This document shows, piece by piece, positions 1 through 9,025 of a DNA stretch of 64,000 nucleotides. Source of the DNA: Myxococcales bacterium (GTDB lineage: Bacteria; Myxococcota_A; Polyangia; Polyangiales; Houyiibacteriaceae); NCBI GenBank assembly GCA_029861865.1, contig JAOTYL010000013.1, positions 5,995 through 69,994 on the forward strand. Direction: 5' to 3'. Under the pieces are notes generated by a model. That model saw only the letters and a program-made list of their open reading frames with translations. It was not told the DNA's origin and ran no database searches. The translations under genes and the position numbers were made by a program. How positions within the stretch are numbered: position 1 is the first letter of the stretch; each line of letters starts with the position of its first letter.

Positions 1-1352
1 CCGATGACTAGCAGATCTTCACTAAAGATCTTGAATTTCAGCCGGACATCGGTGACGCGCTCAATCGCTTTCAGTCGAAACTCGATATCAGGTTGCTTGA
101 ATCCGGGAAACTTTGAGCGTGCATACGCATTGTGCTTCATTCGGAGTCTGGAAAGCGGACGCAGGATGCGCTTGGCCCGCTCAGTGTTGAACGCGCGCCC
201 CTCCACCCGCTGTACGACTTCATCAGTGGGGCACGAGGGAGCGACATCGAGCCGGTCGACAGTGGACTCGACGGCCTGGTTCAGCGCCTCTATTGCGTCG
301 GTTTCGAAATTCTGCAGCAGCTGTCTTGCCTTCTCGGGGACCGACCCTCCGTCCCCACGGCTCGTCGTTGCCAAGAGCTCGAGCACTTCATCTTCGGAAT
401 GCGCGTGTCGCCCCAAGGAATTCGCGAGATATGCCCCCGCGGTCTCGGCAGCCACCTGATAGTTGATGATGGCGGCGTTCGCAAAATACGCCTCGACAGC
501 CGTCGTGCAACCATCGTGAATCATCGCTTCAGCAGCGAGCAACCACGGGGCGACGGAACCTTCGTGGATGACGAAAACGTTGTCCAAACCCGCGAGCACC
601 GTGTGGTAAAATTGTTGATTCTCAGATGGATGAGGTCGAACGACGATCTTCCGACCCGATAGCATGTTGCTCAATCGATGAATGAGCTTCACAAAAGCGA
701 CCAGCGCTAGCGTCTGGCGTTCCCATGACCTGAGAACGAAGTCACGACCTTCCTCAGAATGTGCGCGATATCCGCTTCTGGGTGAGAACGCATAGTCGAT
801 CCCGAGCTGATTGTTGGCCTTGGCCAGACTCGTATTGATCAAAATGAAATCGCCAAACCTCTGCCTCAGCTCACGAACCTTGGCGTCGTAGAAGGCACGA
901 TAGCCCTCTTTGTAGAGGTCGAACCGCGGCTCGCCGGTGGGGGTTATGGTTGGCGGCGGCTGGTCCGATCGATAATAATCAGCCTGAAACTCACCCCACG
1001 TGCAGATCGTATCGCACCCGTCCAGACGTGCCGGATCGATGCGAGAGCGAAGCGTCTCCCTCCAGTCATCTTCGTCACCCGGGAAGACAGCGCCTTCGGT
1101 GTCCAGGTGTATGAATGCACCATGGGCCTGATGCAGCTGGTTCAACTCATCCAGTCGGCTAGTGAAGAAGGGGGTGACCAGGCTTTTGCCCAAGTAGATA
1201 GCGCCCTTGGAGTGCGGAAAGAGTCTCGCGAGCGAGCCATGCTTCCCGACAAATACGCGCTTCTTGGACGTAGCGAGGCGAGCCGCTAGAAATAGACGGC
1301 TGTCGAGCTCTCGATTGAACGTCTCCACCGGTATGAAAATCGGTCTGTGCAT
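1..1352 (-). CDS. Partial CDS whose 3' end runs off the left edge. Protein of a surface-polysaccharide locus, resembling the 'surface carbohydrate biosynthesis protein' family; function uncertain.
   Basis: Absent from the supplied ORF track because it has no stop inside the window. My reverse-complement translation from ATG 1352..1350 gives an uninterrupted frame of about 450 aa (MHRPIFIPVETFNRELDSRLFLAARLATSKKRVFVGKHG...IVVRPHPSEN...HDGCTTAVEAYF...KIFSEDLLVIG) that is still in frame at position 3. An in-frame TAA lies upstream at 1415..1413 with no earlier start. The plus-strand ORFs 4..459 and 132..662 look like Arg/Ser-rich antisense shadows. Confidence 0.7.
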   Translation of the reverse strand, partial: MHRPIFIPVETFNRELDSRLFLAARLATSKKRVFVGKHGSLARLFPHSKGAIYLGKSLVTPFFTSRLDELNQLHQAHGAFIHLDTEGAVFPGDEDDWRETLRSRIDPARLDGCDTICTWGEFQADYYRSDQPPPTITPTGEPRFDLYKEGYRAFYDAKVRELRQRFGDFILINTSLAKANNQLGIDYAFSPRSGYRAHSEEGRDFVLRSWERQTLALVAFVKLIHRLSNMLSGRKIVVRPHPSENQQFYHTVLAGLDNVFVIHEGSVAPWLLAAEAMIHDGCTTAVEAYFANAAIINYQVAAETAGAYLANSLGRHAHSEDEVLELLATTSRGDGGSVPEKARQLLQNFETDAIEALNQAVESTVDRLDVAPSCPTDEVVQRVEGRAFNTERAKRILRPLSRLRMKHNAYARSKFPGFKQPDIEFRLKAIERVTDVRLKFKIFSEDLLVI

Positions 1353-1420
1353 GATCAGCGCTTCAATGAGTTCGTATTGCCTCGCCGCGTGAACCGAACT
1401 ACGGAGCCGACATTAGATCG

Positions 1421-3202
1421 ATGGGCATGTCCAAGATCTTCGACATACTGGGGCCCCAACGTAGCAGAAAAGTCGGGGGGTTGGTCCTGGCAATGATGGT
1501 CCTCGCAGGGCTCGAGGCGTTGACGATTGCTAGTTTCATTCCTTTCCTTCAGCTGCTTTCCGATCCGGAACAAAGAAATCTAGGGTCGGACAGTCTGCCA
1601 GCATTCTTTACGCAATTGAGTTACCTGCAGCAATTGCAGGTATCCGCGGCAGTCCTGCTCGGCTTGTTCATCGCCAAGAACGGGCTCTTCGCGTTACTCA
1701 ACCACTTCAAGTTCAAGTTCATTTACGAAAGCCAGGTAGAGATCGCTAGCGAGCTCGTTGAGCGGTATCTACGCGCGCCATTTTCGTTCCACCTGGACAC
1801 GAATTCATCGACTCTGATTCGTACCATCACAGAAGATGTGCGGATCGTTTTTGGCTTCGTCCTTTCGCCGCTCATGATGCTGCTAACCGAGCTCTTGGTG
1901 GTCGCGGCAGTCGCGATTTTGCTGCTGGCACTCGATCCCCTGATCGCGATCGCAGCAAGCCTCGTGCTCATTGTCGCCGGGGGTGGTTTTCTTTGGGTGG
2001 TGAGGCGCCGCTTGTCAGAGCTCGGCGAGCTCCAGCAAAACGAATTTGGCGAAATGATTCGGACCAGCACCGAAGCGCTGAGCTCGGTGGCGGAGATCCA
2101 GATCTCGGGCACGGCTCGGCACTTCGAAGAGCGGTTCCGGACGCGAAGCCACTCCTATGCCAATGCCGTACGCACCTACAGGTTCTACGTGGAGCTTACC
2201 CGGCCCGTTCTGGAGGTCGTCGGGGTTGGCGGCATGCTCGTGGTCGTACTCTTGGCTGTTTCTCTCTCCGCCGACCAATCCTTGGTACCTCTGCTGGGCG
2301 TTTTTGGTCTGGCGGCGGTGCGGCTCGCGCCTTCGGGGACTCGCATCATTTCTGCCTTAACTTCCATTCGTCACTTTTGGCCGAGTGTAGACGTGGTCCA
2401 TCAGGTGTTGGATGAACCGATTGCTTCCGCTTTGGAGGGCGAGCCGCTCCCCGATGAATTCGCGTTCGTTCAATTCGAGAACGTTAGTTTTGGTTACGGA
2501 GACGGCCCACGGATCCTTCATGAGATCTCGTTGCGCATCGACGCCGGGCAATCGGTGGCCTTCGTGGGCGGTTCGGGGGCTGGAAAAAGCACCATCGTCA
2601 AGCTTCTCCTCGGGCTGCTCTTGCCTTCGGAGGGTCGAATCGCGATGGGGAGGTTGGACACACGCAACCATCTTCGCGCATGGCGGGGCCTCTTTGGCTA
2701 TGTGCCGCAGAGTGTTCGACTGCTGGATGAGACCATAAGAAACAACGTTGCGTTCGGGATCTCGGAGACAGACCAAGACGAGGACCAGGTATGGAGAGTC
2801 GTCGAGACAGCCCGTATCGCCGGCTTCATCCGCACCCTACCTGGAGGACTCGATTCGAGAGTCGGCGAGTTTGGAGACCGAATCTCAGGGGGGCAACGCC
2901 AACGCGTCGGCATCGCACGAGCGCTCTATACCAATCCCAAGATCGTCGTTTTCGATGAGGCGACCTCAGCGCTAGATACCGAAACCGAGCAACAGATCAA
3001 CGAGGCCCTTCAAGATCTGCGCTCGAGCGGGTTTACAACCGTGATCGTTGCCCATCGGCTATCGACAGTACGAAAGTGTGACCGAATATTCGTAATGGAT
3101 GAGGGGACGCTCGTGGCTCAGGGCACTTACGACGAGTTGTTGAGGGATTCCCCCGAATTTCAACAATTGGTCTCTGCATCACCGGAAAGGAAAGCGTCGT
3201 GA
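1421..3202 (+). CDS. ABC transporter, fused permease/ATP-binding exporter (MsbA/PglK-type architecture)
   Basis: 593-aa ORF with an N-terminal multi-TM exporter domain. Walker A GGSGAGKST, ABC signature ISGGQRQR, Walker B IVVFDEATSALD, H-loop VIVAHRLS. Divergent from the gene at 1..1352, only 68 nt apart. Confidence 0.92.
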   Translation: MGMSKIFDILGPQRSRKVGGLVLAMMVLAGLEALTIASFIPFLQLLSDPEQRNLGSDSLPAFFTQLSYLQQLQVSAAVLLGLFIAKNGLFALLNHFKFKFIYESQVEIASELVERYLRAPFSFHLDTNSSTLIRTITEDVRIVFGFVLSPLMMLLTELLVVAAVAILLLALDPLIAIAASLVLIVAGGGFLWVVRRRLSELGELQQNEFGEMIRTSTEALSSVAEIQISGTARHFEERFRTRSHSYANAVRTYRFYVELTRPVLEVVGVGGMLVVVLLAVSLSADQSLVPLLGVFGLAAVRLAPSGTRIISALTSIRHFWPSVDVVHQVLDEPIASALEGEPLPDEFAFVQFENVSFGYGDGPRILHEISLRIDAGQSVAFVGGSGAGKSTIVKLLLGLLLPSEGRIAMGRLDTRNHLRAWRGLFGYVPQSVRLLDETIRNNVAFGISETDQDEDQVWRVVETARIAGFIRTLPGGLDSRVGEFGDRISGGQRQRVGIARALYTNPKIVVFDEATSALDTETEQQINEALQDLRSSGFTTVIVAHRLSTVRKCDRIFVMDEGTLVAQGTYDELLRDSPEFQQLVSASPERKAS

Positions 3203-3218
3203 TGCTGCGGAGAATGAA

Positions 3219-4241
3219 TTGGCCATGAATCTGCTCACGCTTTCACGCGCAGCCCATCGCCTGCGTGGCCAGGTCAAGAGGACTCTGCTCCGTCGCGTTG
3301 ACGGTGATTTGGAGTCCCAGGCTTATGTTGCCAATGCCATTGATGCGACCTCGCTCATCGCCGAAAACAAGATTCGAGATTGGATTGGCCGCTCTTCGGC
3401 CCTGCACAAGGACTTCGTAGAATCGAAGTACGATCGCCTCGCCGGCGGCTACAATCAGGCCTCTTACCTTCGCGACCAGAACGGAACATTCGTGGTCGAT
3501 GGTGAGTTCGTAGAGTGCTCTTACAGAGACTTCTTCGAGCGCAAGGTCGACGTCTATGCAGACTTCGTAGCCAGCTTGGATGGAGTAGAGACCGCGCTAG
3601 AGGTAGGGGCAGGGGAGCTCACGACAACTGGGGCCCTAGCCATGAGGTTGCCGCGGATAAAGTGGCAAGGTGTCGAACTCAGTTTCAATCGCGTGTTCCA
3701 TGGCCGCGAGTTCTTTCGGGAGCAGTTTGGCATCGACATTCCGGCCTGTAAGGGCGATGCGGTGCACCTCCCGTTCGCCGATCAGTCCTTCGACCTGGTG
3801 ATCACCTCGCACTGCCTCGAACACATCCCCTTTGGATACCAAGCGGCGGTCGACGAGATCACACGCGTTGCCCGGAGGCATGTGGTCCTATTCGAACCGA
3901 TATGGGAAAAGTCGGATTGGGCGCAGAAGCTCAGGATGTACGCTCAGGGCTATGTGCGAGGGCTTCTTCCATACGCGAGCTCCAAAACGAATTTCACATT
4001 GGCGCCGGCCGTGGTGCTCGATGTCGGAAGCCCGTTCAATCGAACCACACGTATCCACCTGAGCCGAACGCAATCCAAGCCGAGTGGCGATACCGCACTG
4101 GTTTGCCCAGCGTGTCATGGTCCACTGGAGGCGACACAAACCGCGCGAACGTGCGATGCATGTCATTTGCTCTTCCCAGTGGTCCAGGGCATTCCGATTA
4201 TGGACCCCGACGATGCTTACTTCGTTGGCCAAGTCTCGTGA
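3219..4241 (+). CDS. Class I SAM-dependent methyltransferase with a C-terminal Trm112-like zinc ribbon
   Basis: SAM motif I LEVGAGE, Methyltransf_11-like HLPFADQSFDLVITSHCLEH, and C-terminal CPACHG...CDACHLLFPVVQGIPIM. TTG start at 3219; alternative ATG at 3225. Confidence 0.85.
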   Translation: MAMNLLTLSRAAHRLRGQVKRTLLRRVDGDLESQAYVANAIDATSLIAENKIRDWIGRSSALHKDFVESKYDRLAGGYNQASYLRDQNGTFVVDGEFVECSYRDFFERKVDVYADFVASLDGVETALEVGAGELTTTGALAMRLPRIKWQGVELSFNRVFHGREFFREQFGIDIPACKGDAVHLPFADQSFDLVITSHCLEHIPFGYQAAVDEITRVARRHVVLFEPIWEKSDWAQKLRMYAQGYVRGLLPYASSKTNFTLAPAVVLDVGSPFNRTTRIHLSRTQSKPSGDTALVCPACHGPLEATQTARTCDACHLLFPVVQGIPIMDPDDAYFVGQVS

Positions 4242-5440
4242 TGCGCGACCGGGTAACGCACGTTTCCTTGGATGGACTCTCGACACCCCTTGGTCAGTCG
4301 CAAGTGCTAGCGGTGAGTGAGCGCCTCCATTCCATGGGGTGGGAATGCACAATTCTTTCGCTCGAGCCGGAACCTTCAGGCGACGGCGCCTTCGACCGGC
4401 TTTATGCGCGCATGGCTTTGAGCGGCGTTCGCTGGCAGCATCGACCCTATCGCCGGGGGCGCGTTGGAGCTGTCAAGAACGTTCTGTCGATGACGGCCAT
4501 GATCCGGGATGCTTGGGAAACGACCGACCTCTTTCACTGCCGGAGCTATTTCGGCGCGTTCTTCCCAGCTGCCGCGGATGTCTTTCAGAGCGTACCGTAC
4601 GTTTTTGACACGCGAGGCTATTGGGTCGATGAGAAGATCGAAGACGGCCGTTGGTTTCAAGATGTCGCGTCACGTGCGATTGCAAGGCGCGTCGAACGAG
4701 AGCTTTACGAGCGGGCCAGCGGGGTCGTCAGTCTGACCGAGCTTGCCGCCGAAGATGTGCGAAACGGTCGGTTTGGGAGGCGGCATCCTGAACAGCGCTC
4801 GATCTGTATCCCAACATGCGTGGACTACTCGAAATTCAGGATGGAGAAGGGCGCCGCTCCAAATGATTTCCTGAACGACGGACCGATCATCGCTTATGTT
4901 GGCTCGCTCAATCCGTCGTACGAGTATCGCAAGGCTCTGGAACTCGCGGCCCTGATTCTCAAACGAGTACCGCAAGCGAAGTTTCTCGCGCTCACATCTC
5001 AAATTCCGGAAATGAGCTCGCTTTCCGACGAATTTGCGATTCCGACGAATCGCCGGCTCATTACGGGCGTGGCCAACGATCAAATTCATGTTTGGCTTCC
5101 GTGGATCGACTTTGGCTTGACGCTTCTCGTGAATCCGATCCAAGCGAAACGGGCATCGATGCCCACCAAACTTGGGGAATTCTTCGCGACTGGTATCGCA
5201 CCGATCAGTCACGGAGCGAACTCTGAAGTCACGGATTGGGTGAACAGGGCTGGCAGCGGAATGGTGCTCGAGGACCTTTCGAGCGACTCGCTCGAGCGCG
5301 CAGCCGATTTTGTTGCGCGGGGCGTTCCAGACGTCCAAGTCCTCGAACGCGCGCGACTTGCCACGGAGGAACATTTTTCATTGGATTCGGGTGCAAAGCG
5401 TTACGACACGTTGTTTCGACGCGTCCTAGCCGCGTCGTAG
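4241..5440 (+). CDS. Glycosyltransferase (GT-B fold, GT4-like)
   Basis: In-frame ATG at 4241 shares one base with the methyltransferase stop (TGATG). The upstream part of ORF 3902..5440 lies inside the methyltransferase gene. The C-terminal half has GT4-like features (IAYVGSLNPSYEY, PTKLGEFFATGIAPI). Confidence 0.75.
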   Translation: MRDRVTHVSLDGLSTPLGQSQVLAVSERLHSMGWECTILSLEPEPSGDGAFDRLYARMALSGVRWQHRPYRRGRVGAVKNVLSMTAMIRDAWETTDLFHCRSYFGAFFPAAADVFQSVPYVFDTRGYWVDEKIEDGRWFQDVASRAIARRVERELYERASGVVSLTELAAEDVRNGRFGRRHPEQRSICIPTCVDYSKFRMEKGAAPNDFLNDGPIIAYVGSLNPSYEYRKALELAALILKRVPQAKFLALTSQIPEMSSLSDEFAIPTNRRLITGVANDQIHVWLPWIDFGLTLLVNPIQAKRASMPTKLGEFFATGIAPISHGANSEVTDWVNRAGSGMVLEDLSSDSLERAADFVARGVPDVQVLERARLATEEHFSLDSGAKRYDTLFRRVLAAS

Positions 5441-6565
5441 CCGGGGGGTCCCGAGGAACGCGTCGATCACCCGTTGCTGCGCGCCCTTGGAAAGCGTCGA
5501 GCCGCTAGGCAGACAAAGGCCCCGGCGAAACAAGTCTTCCGCGACCGCACCGTGAACCACAGGGCAGTCTCGGTACACCGGTTGCAGATGCATGGGCTTC
5601 CAAACCGGGCGCGCCTCGATGTTCTGAGCCTCGAGGTGCTCACGGACCTGTTCGGGTCCCACCCCAACGTGGGCTTCGTCAAGGAGAACACACGTCAGCC
5701 AAGAGTTGGAGCGACGGCCCGGTGCTTCGGAAATGAAGCTGATGCCGTCGACCGCCTCCAAGGCTTGGCGATACGCTTGATTAATCTCCCGGCGCTTTTC
5801 GATGAGCGCGTCGAGCCTCTGAAGCTGGGCGCGGCCGAGCGCGGCCAGGAGATTGCTCAACCGGTAGTTGTAGCCGACCTCTTCGTGCTCGTAGTGAGCG
5901 ACGGGCTGCCTGGCTTGCGATGCCAGATGACGGGCTCGCTCGACGAGGGTGTCGTCGTTGCTGACCAGGGCTCCACCGCCGCTTGTCGTGATGATCTTGT
6001 TTCCGTTGAAGGAGAACACACCGATGGCACCAAACGAGCCCGCCGGTCGTTCCCGATAGGTGGCCCCCAGGGCCTCGGCGGCATCTTCGATCACGACGAC
6101 TCCATGCTCGTCACATGCAGACAGGATCGCGTCGTAGTCGGCACACTGACCGTAGAGGTCGACCGCGATCAAGGCCTTCGGGAGCGACCCTCGTTTAGAT
6201 GCTTCGCGCAAGGCTTGTCGCAGCAGTACCGGGTCGAGGTTCCAGCTCTCAGGCTCGCTGTCGATGAAGACCGGCATTGCTCCCACATAGCGAATGGCGT
6301 TTGCGGTCGCTGCGAAAGTCATGGTCGCTGTCCAAACCTCGTCTCCAGGCCCGATGTCGAGGAGAACCAACGCCAAATGCAGAGCAGCTGTGCCACTGCT
6401 CAACGCTGCAGCCGCGCTGACGCCGGCCCTCGTAGCAAGCTCCCGCTCGAAGGCATCGACCTCTGGGCCGACCGGCGCAATCCAATTGGAATCAAATGCC
6501 GCAAGAAGAGCTTTACGCTCTCGGGTGCTCATATCGGGCGGCGAAAGATGGATGCGCTCGCTCAT
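5426..6565 (-). CDS. DegT/DnrJ/EryC1/StrS-family PLP-dependent amino-sugar aminotransferase (PglE-like)
   Basis: 379 aa. N-terminal LSPPDMS..E, a PLP-lysine context FSFNGNKIITTSGGGALV, and YNYRLSNLLAALG typical of the family. 4-nt overlap with the upstream acetyltransferase gene. Confidence 0.9.
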   Translation of the reverse strand: MSERIHLSPPDMSTRERKALLAAFDSNWIAPVGPEVDAFERELATRAGVSAAAALSSGTAALHLALVLLDIGPGDEVWTATMTFAATANAIRYVGAMPVFIDSEPESWNLDPVLLRQALREASKRGSLPKALIAVDLYGQCADYDAILSACDEHGVVVIEDAAEALGATYRERPAGSFGAIGVFSFNGNKIITTSGGGALVSNDDTLVERARHLASQARQPVAHYEHEEVGYNYRLSNLLAALGRAQLQRLDALIEKRREINQAYRQALEAVDGISFISEAPGRRSNSWLTCVLLDEAHVGVGPEQVREHLEAQNIEARPVWKPMHLQPVYRDCPVVHGAVAEDLFRRGLCLPSGSTLSKGAQQRVIDAFLGTPRLRRG

Positions 6566-7188
6566 GCCTTGGCCTCGACCGACCGGGCAGGCACGCCGAC
6601 TACCGTCGTGTCATGCGCGACGTCCACCACGCACACCGCGCCGGCCCCGGCCGTTGCCCAAGGTCCGATTTCGACGTTGGGGGCAACCTTTGCGCCGACA
6701 CCGAGGAGCACACCCTCGTCCACGGTGACGCCTCCACACAAGCGCACCCCCGGGCCGATGTGGACGAAATCCCCGACGATGCAGTCGTGGTCGACGCTCG
6801 CCGCCGTGTTGAGGATCGAATGGGCTCCGATCGTGGCGTCTGGTTGGATCACGGAACCTGCAAACACCACGGTGCCGGGTCCGATCGAAACAGAGGGATG
6901 GATGGTCGTGTTCGGATGACACACCGACACCCACCGAGCCTGCAGGCGCTCCGCGATCGATTGGCGTGCTCGGTTGTTTCCGATCGCGATGATCGTAGGC
7001 GCGGCCCCGATCTCTTGAGCCGAGACAGGCCCTTTGACTGGCACACCCAAGATCTGTTGCCCCCACCGCGTTTGGTCGTCATCGAAGACAGCCACGACCT
7101 CGCCTCCCGCCTCGCGCACGGTCGCGATCACGACCTTAGCGTGTCCCCCTGCGCCCACGACGACGATATCATCTGGCAGACTCTTCAT
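6562..7188 (-). CDS. Hexapeptide-repeat sugar N-/O-acetyltransferase, NeuD/PglD family
   Basis: 208 aa. N-terminal Rossmann-like VVVGAGGHAKVV followed by left-handed beta-helix hexapeptide repeats (IGPGTVVFAGSVI, IGAHSILNTAASV, IGPGVRLCGGVTV). Confidence 0.85.
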   Translation of the reverse strand: MKSLPDDIVVVGAGGHAKVVIATVREAGGEVVAVFDDDQTRWGQQILGVPVKGPVSAQEIGAAPTIIAIGNNRARQSIAERLQARWVSVCHPNTTIHPSVSIGPGTVVFAGSVIQPDATIGAHSILNTAASVDHDCIVGDFVHIGPGVRLCGGVTVDEGVLLGVGAKVAPNVEIGPWATAGAGAVCVVDVAHDTTVVGVPARSVEAKA

Positions 7189-7795
7189 GGTTTCCCTCGA
7201 ATTCTGGCATCGTTGCGTGCCCCTCGGCGGAGATACCCCGTTGCCCGACGACCTGCACCGCCGTTCGGAGAATTATCTCCAGATCGGTGCGGAGCGACAC
7301 GTTTTCGACGTACCAGACATCGAGCTCGAATTTCTCTTCCCAGCTGATCGCGTTTCGGCCGTGGATTTGAGCCCAGCCGGTGATGCCCGGGGCGACTTCA
7401 TGACGGCGTCGTTGCTCGGGCGTGTACCGATCGAGGTATTGGACGAGCAGGGGACGAGGCCCCACCAAACTCATGTCGCCCCGCAACACGTTCCACAGGG
7501 TAGGGAGCTCGTCGAGGCTCATCCGACGCAAGCGGATGCCGAACGGAGTCAACCGCTCTTGGTCTGGAAGAAGCTCTCCGTCGGCGCCTCGGGCGTCGCC
7601 CATCGTTCGAAACTTGATCAGTTCGAAGAGGCGGTCATTCCGTCCCGGCCTCAGTTGTCGAAACAACACCGGGCTGCCGAGCTTCAACCGAATCAGCGCC
7701 GCAATCGCAAGCCCAACGGGGGCAAGGACGACCAAAGCAGGCACCGCAAGCCCGAGGTCGAGCGCACGCTTTCCGATTCGTCGGTAAAAGGTCAC
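7169..7795 (-). CDS. Small single-domain phosphoglycosyl transferase (bacterial sugar transferase, PglC/WbaP C-terminal type)
   Basis: 208 aa with one N-terminal hydrophobic helix. Motifs: PVLFRQLRPGRNDRLFELIKFRTM and DELPTLWNVLRGDMSLVGPRP. Confidence 0.9.
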   Translation of the reverse strand: MTFYRRIGKRALDLGLAVPALVVLAPVGLAIAALIRLKLGSPVLFRQLRPGRNDRLFELIKFRTMGDARGADGELLPDQERLTPFGIRLRRMSLDELPTLWNVLRGDMSLVGPRPLLVQYLDRYTPEQRRRHEVAPGITGWAQIHGRNAISWEEKFELDVWYVENVSLRTDLEIILRTAVQVVGQRGISAEGHATMPEFEGNHEESAR

Positions 7796-8961
7796 GCGAG
7801 CAACCTCTCGTATTCACCTAGAACTCGGTCGAACACCTGTTGCTCGTCGAAACGCTCCTCGGCGATTCGACGCCCGGTGATCCCCATCTGTGCTCGCCGC
7901 TCGTCATCTTGGAGAAGCTCGATCAGAGACCGCGCGAGTTGGCCCGCGTCTCCCACCGGAAAAAGCAGGCCGTTTTCCCCGTGGTCGACCGCTTCGCGAC
8001 AACCACGGATGTCGGTTACAACCGCGGGCACCCCCATCGCCGACGCCTCCATTGGCGCGCGCGGAAAGCCTTCGCGATACGAGGGGAGCACCAATACGTC
8101 CATCAGCGCGTAGAGCTCGGGCATGTCGTCGCGCATTCCGACGAAGCGACAACTGGCGGCGACGCCGTAGCGCTCGGCGACCTCCGGACCCAACGCATCT
8201 GGTTTCTCCCCGTCGTAGGGGCCGACGATCAAGAATTGCACGTTGGGAATGGCTGCGACGACGGCTTTGGCAGCCTGAAGGAGGTCCAGAATGCCCTTCT
8301 CCTCGACCAGGCGGCCGACGAAACCGATGACGGGTTCCTTTGCGTCGATGCCGATTTCGGCTTGAAGCGCGTCGAGGGTCTCGTTCGAAACGCGCCGGCG
8401 ATCGAATCGCTTCAAGTCGATGCCGTTGCCGAGCCATTTCAGTAGATCGGGACTCGCAATGCCCTCTGCCACCGCGGTCTCCATGTCTTCTCGGTTCTGC
8501 GACAAAATCGTATCTGAGCACTTGGCGGCGATGCGCTCCATCCAGACGTAGAACCGCCTGGGCAATGGCTCCATGTCGTCATGAAAGTAGAAGCCGTGTA
8601 GGGTGTTGGCGACGATCGGCACACCGGCCAAGCGCGCTGCTACCTGGCCTAACAACCCGGCCTTCGGGGTGTGAGTGTGGACCACGTCAAACCGTTCACG
8701 CCGCATGACACGGACCAACGACCACAGCGTACGCAGGTCCGCCAGTGGCGTGAATCGGCGGGTCATCGGGACGGCGAAATGCGGAATGCCGGCAGCCTCG
8801 ACCGCGGTGACGTCGGGGCCGTCCGCACTGATGCCAAACACTTCGTAACCTTCCTGCTGGATTCTCTGCAGCTGGTTCAGAAGGAGGTATCGAAGCGAGA
8901 GGTCGACGGTCGTGACGTGAGCCACCCGAGGCTTGCCCGCATGTGTTCCCGTCGCCAGCAT
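7792..8961 (-). CDS. Glycosyltransferase family 4
   Basis: 389 aa. GT4 N-terminal domain (VAHVTTVDLSLRYLLLNQL) and C-terminal EX7E region (SYREGFPRAPMEASAMGVPAVVTD). 4-nt overlap with the downstream sugar transferase gene. Confidence 0.9.
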   Translation of the reverse strand: MLATGTHAGKPRVAHVTTVDLSLRYLLLNQLQRIQQEGYEVFGISADGPDVTAVEAAGIPHFAVPMTRRFTPLADLRTLWSLVRVMRRERFDVVHTHTPKAGLLGQVAARLAGVPIVANTLHGFYFHDDMEPLPRRFYVWMERIAAKCSDTILSQNREDMETAVAEGIASPDLLKWLGNGIDLKRFDRRRVSNETLDALQAEIGIDAKEPVIGFVGRLVEEKGILDLLQAAKAVVAAIPNVQFLIVGPYDGEKPDALGPEVAERYGVAASCRFVGMRDDMPELYALMDVLVLPSYREGFPRAPMEASAMGVPAVVTDIRGCREAVDHGENGLLFPVGDAGQLARSLIELLQDDERRAQMGITGRRIAEERFDEQQVFDRVLGEYERLLA

Positions 8962-9025
8962 ATGAGCTCCCCGCCCGGCTTTGAGGTAGCACGAAGGCAG
9001 GCTGGGCGCCGAGCTAACCCCTCAA

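Noticed and set aside
5474-6919. 481-aa plus-strand ORF
   Set aside because: It lies entirely antisense to the aminotransferase and acetyltransferase genes. Its composition is Arg/Pro/Gly-rich with no motif. It is a typical high-GC shadow ORF.
7205-7216. Sigma-54-like TGGCAT..TTGC
   Set aside because: The GG to GC spacing is 7 nt rather than the required 10, and the site lies inside a coding region on the non-template orientation.
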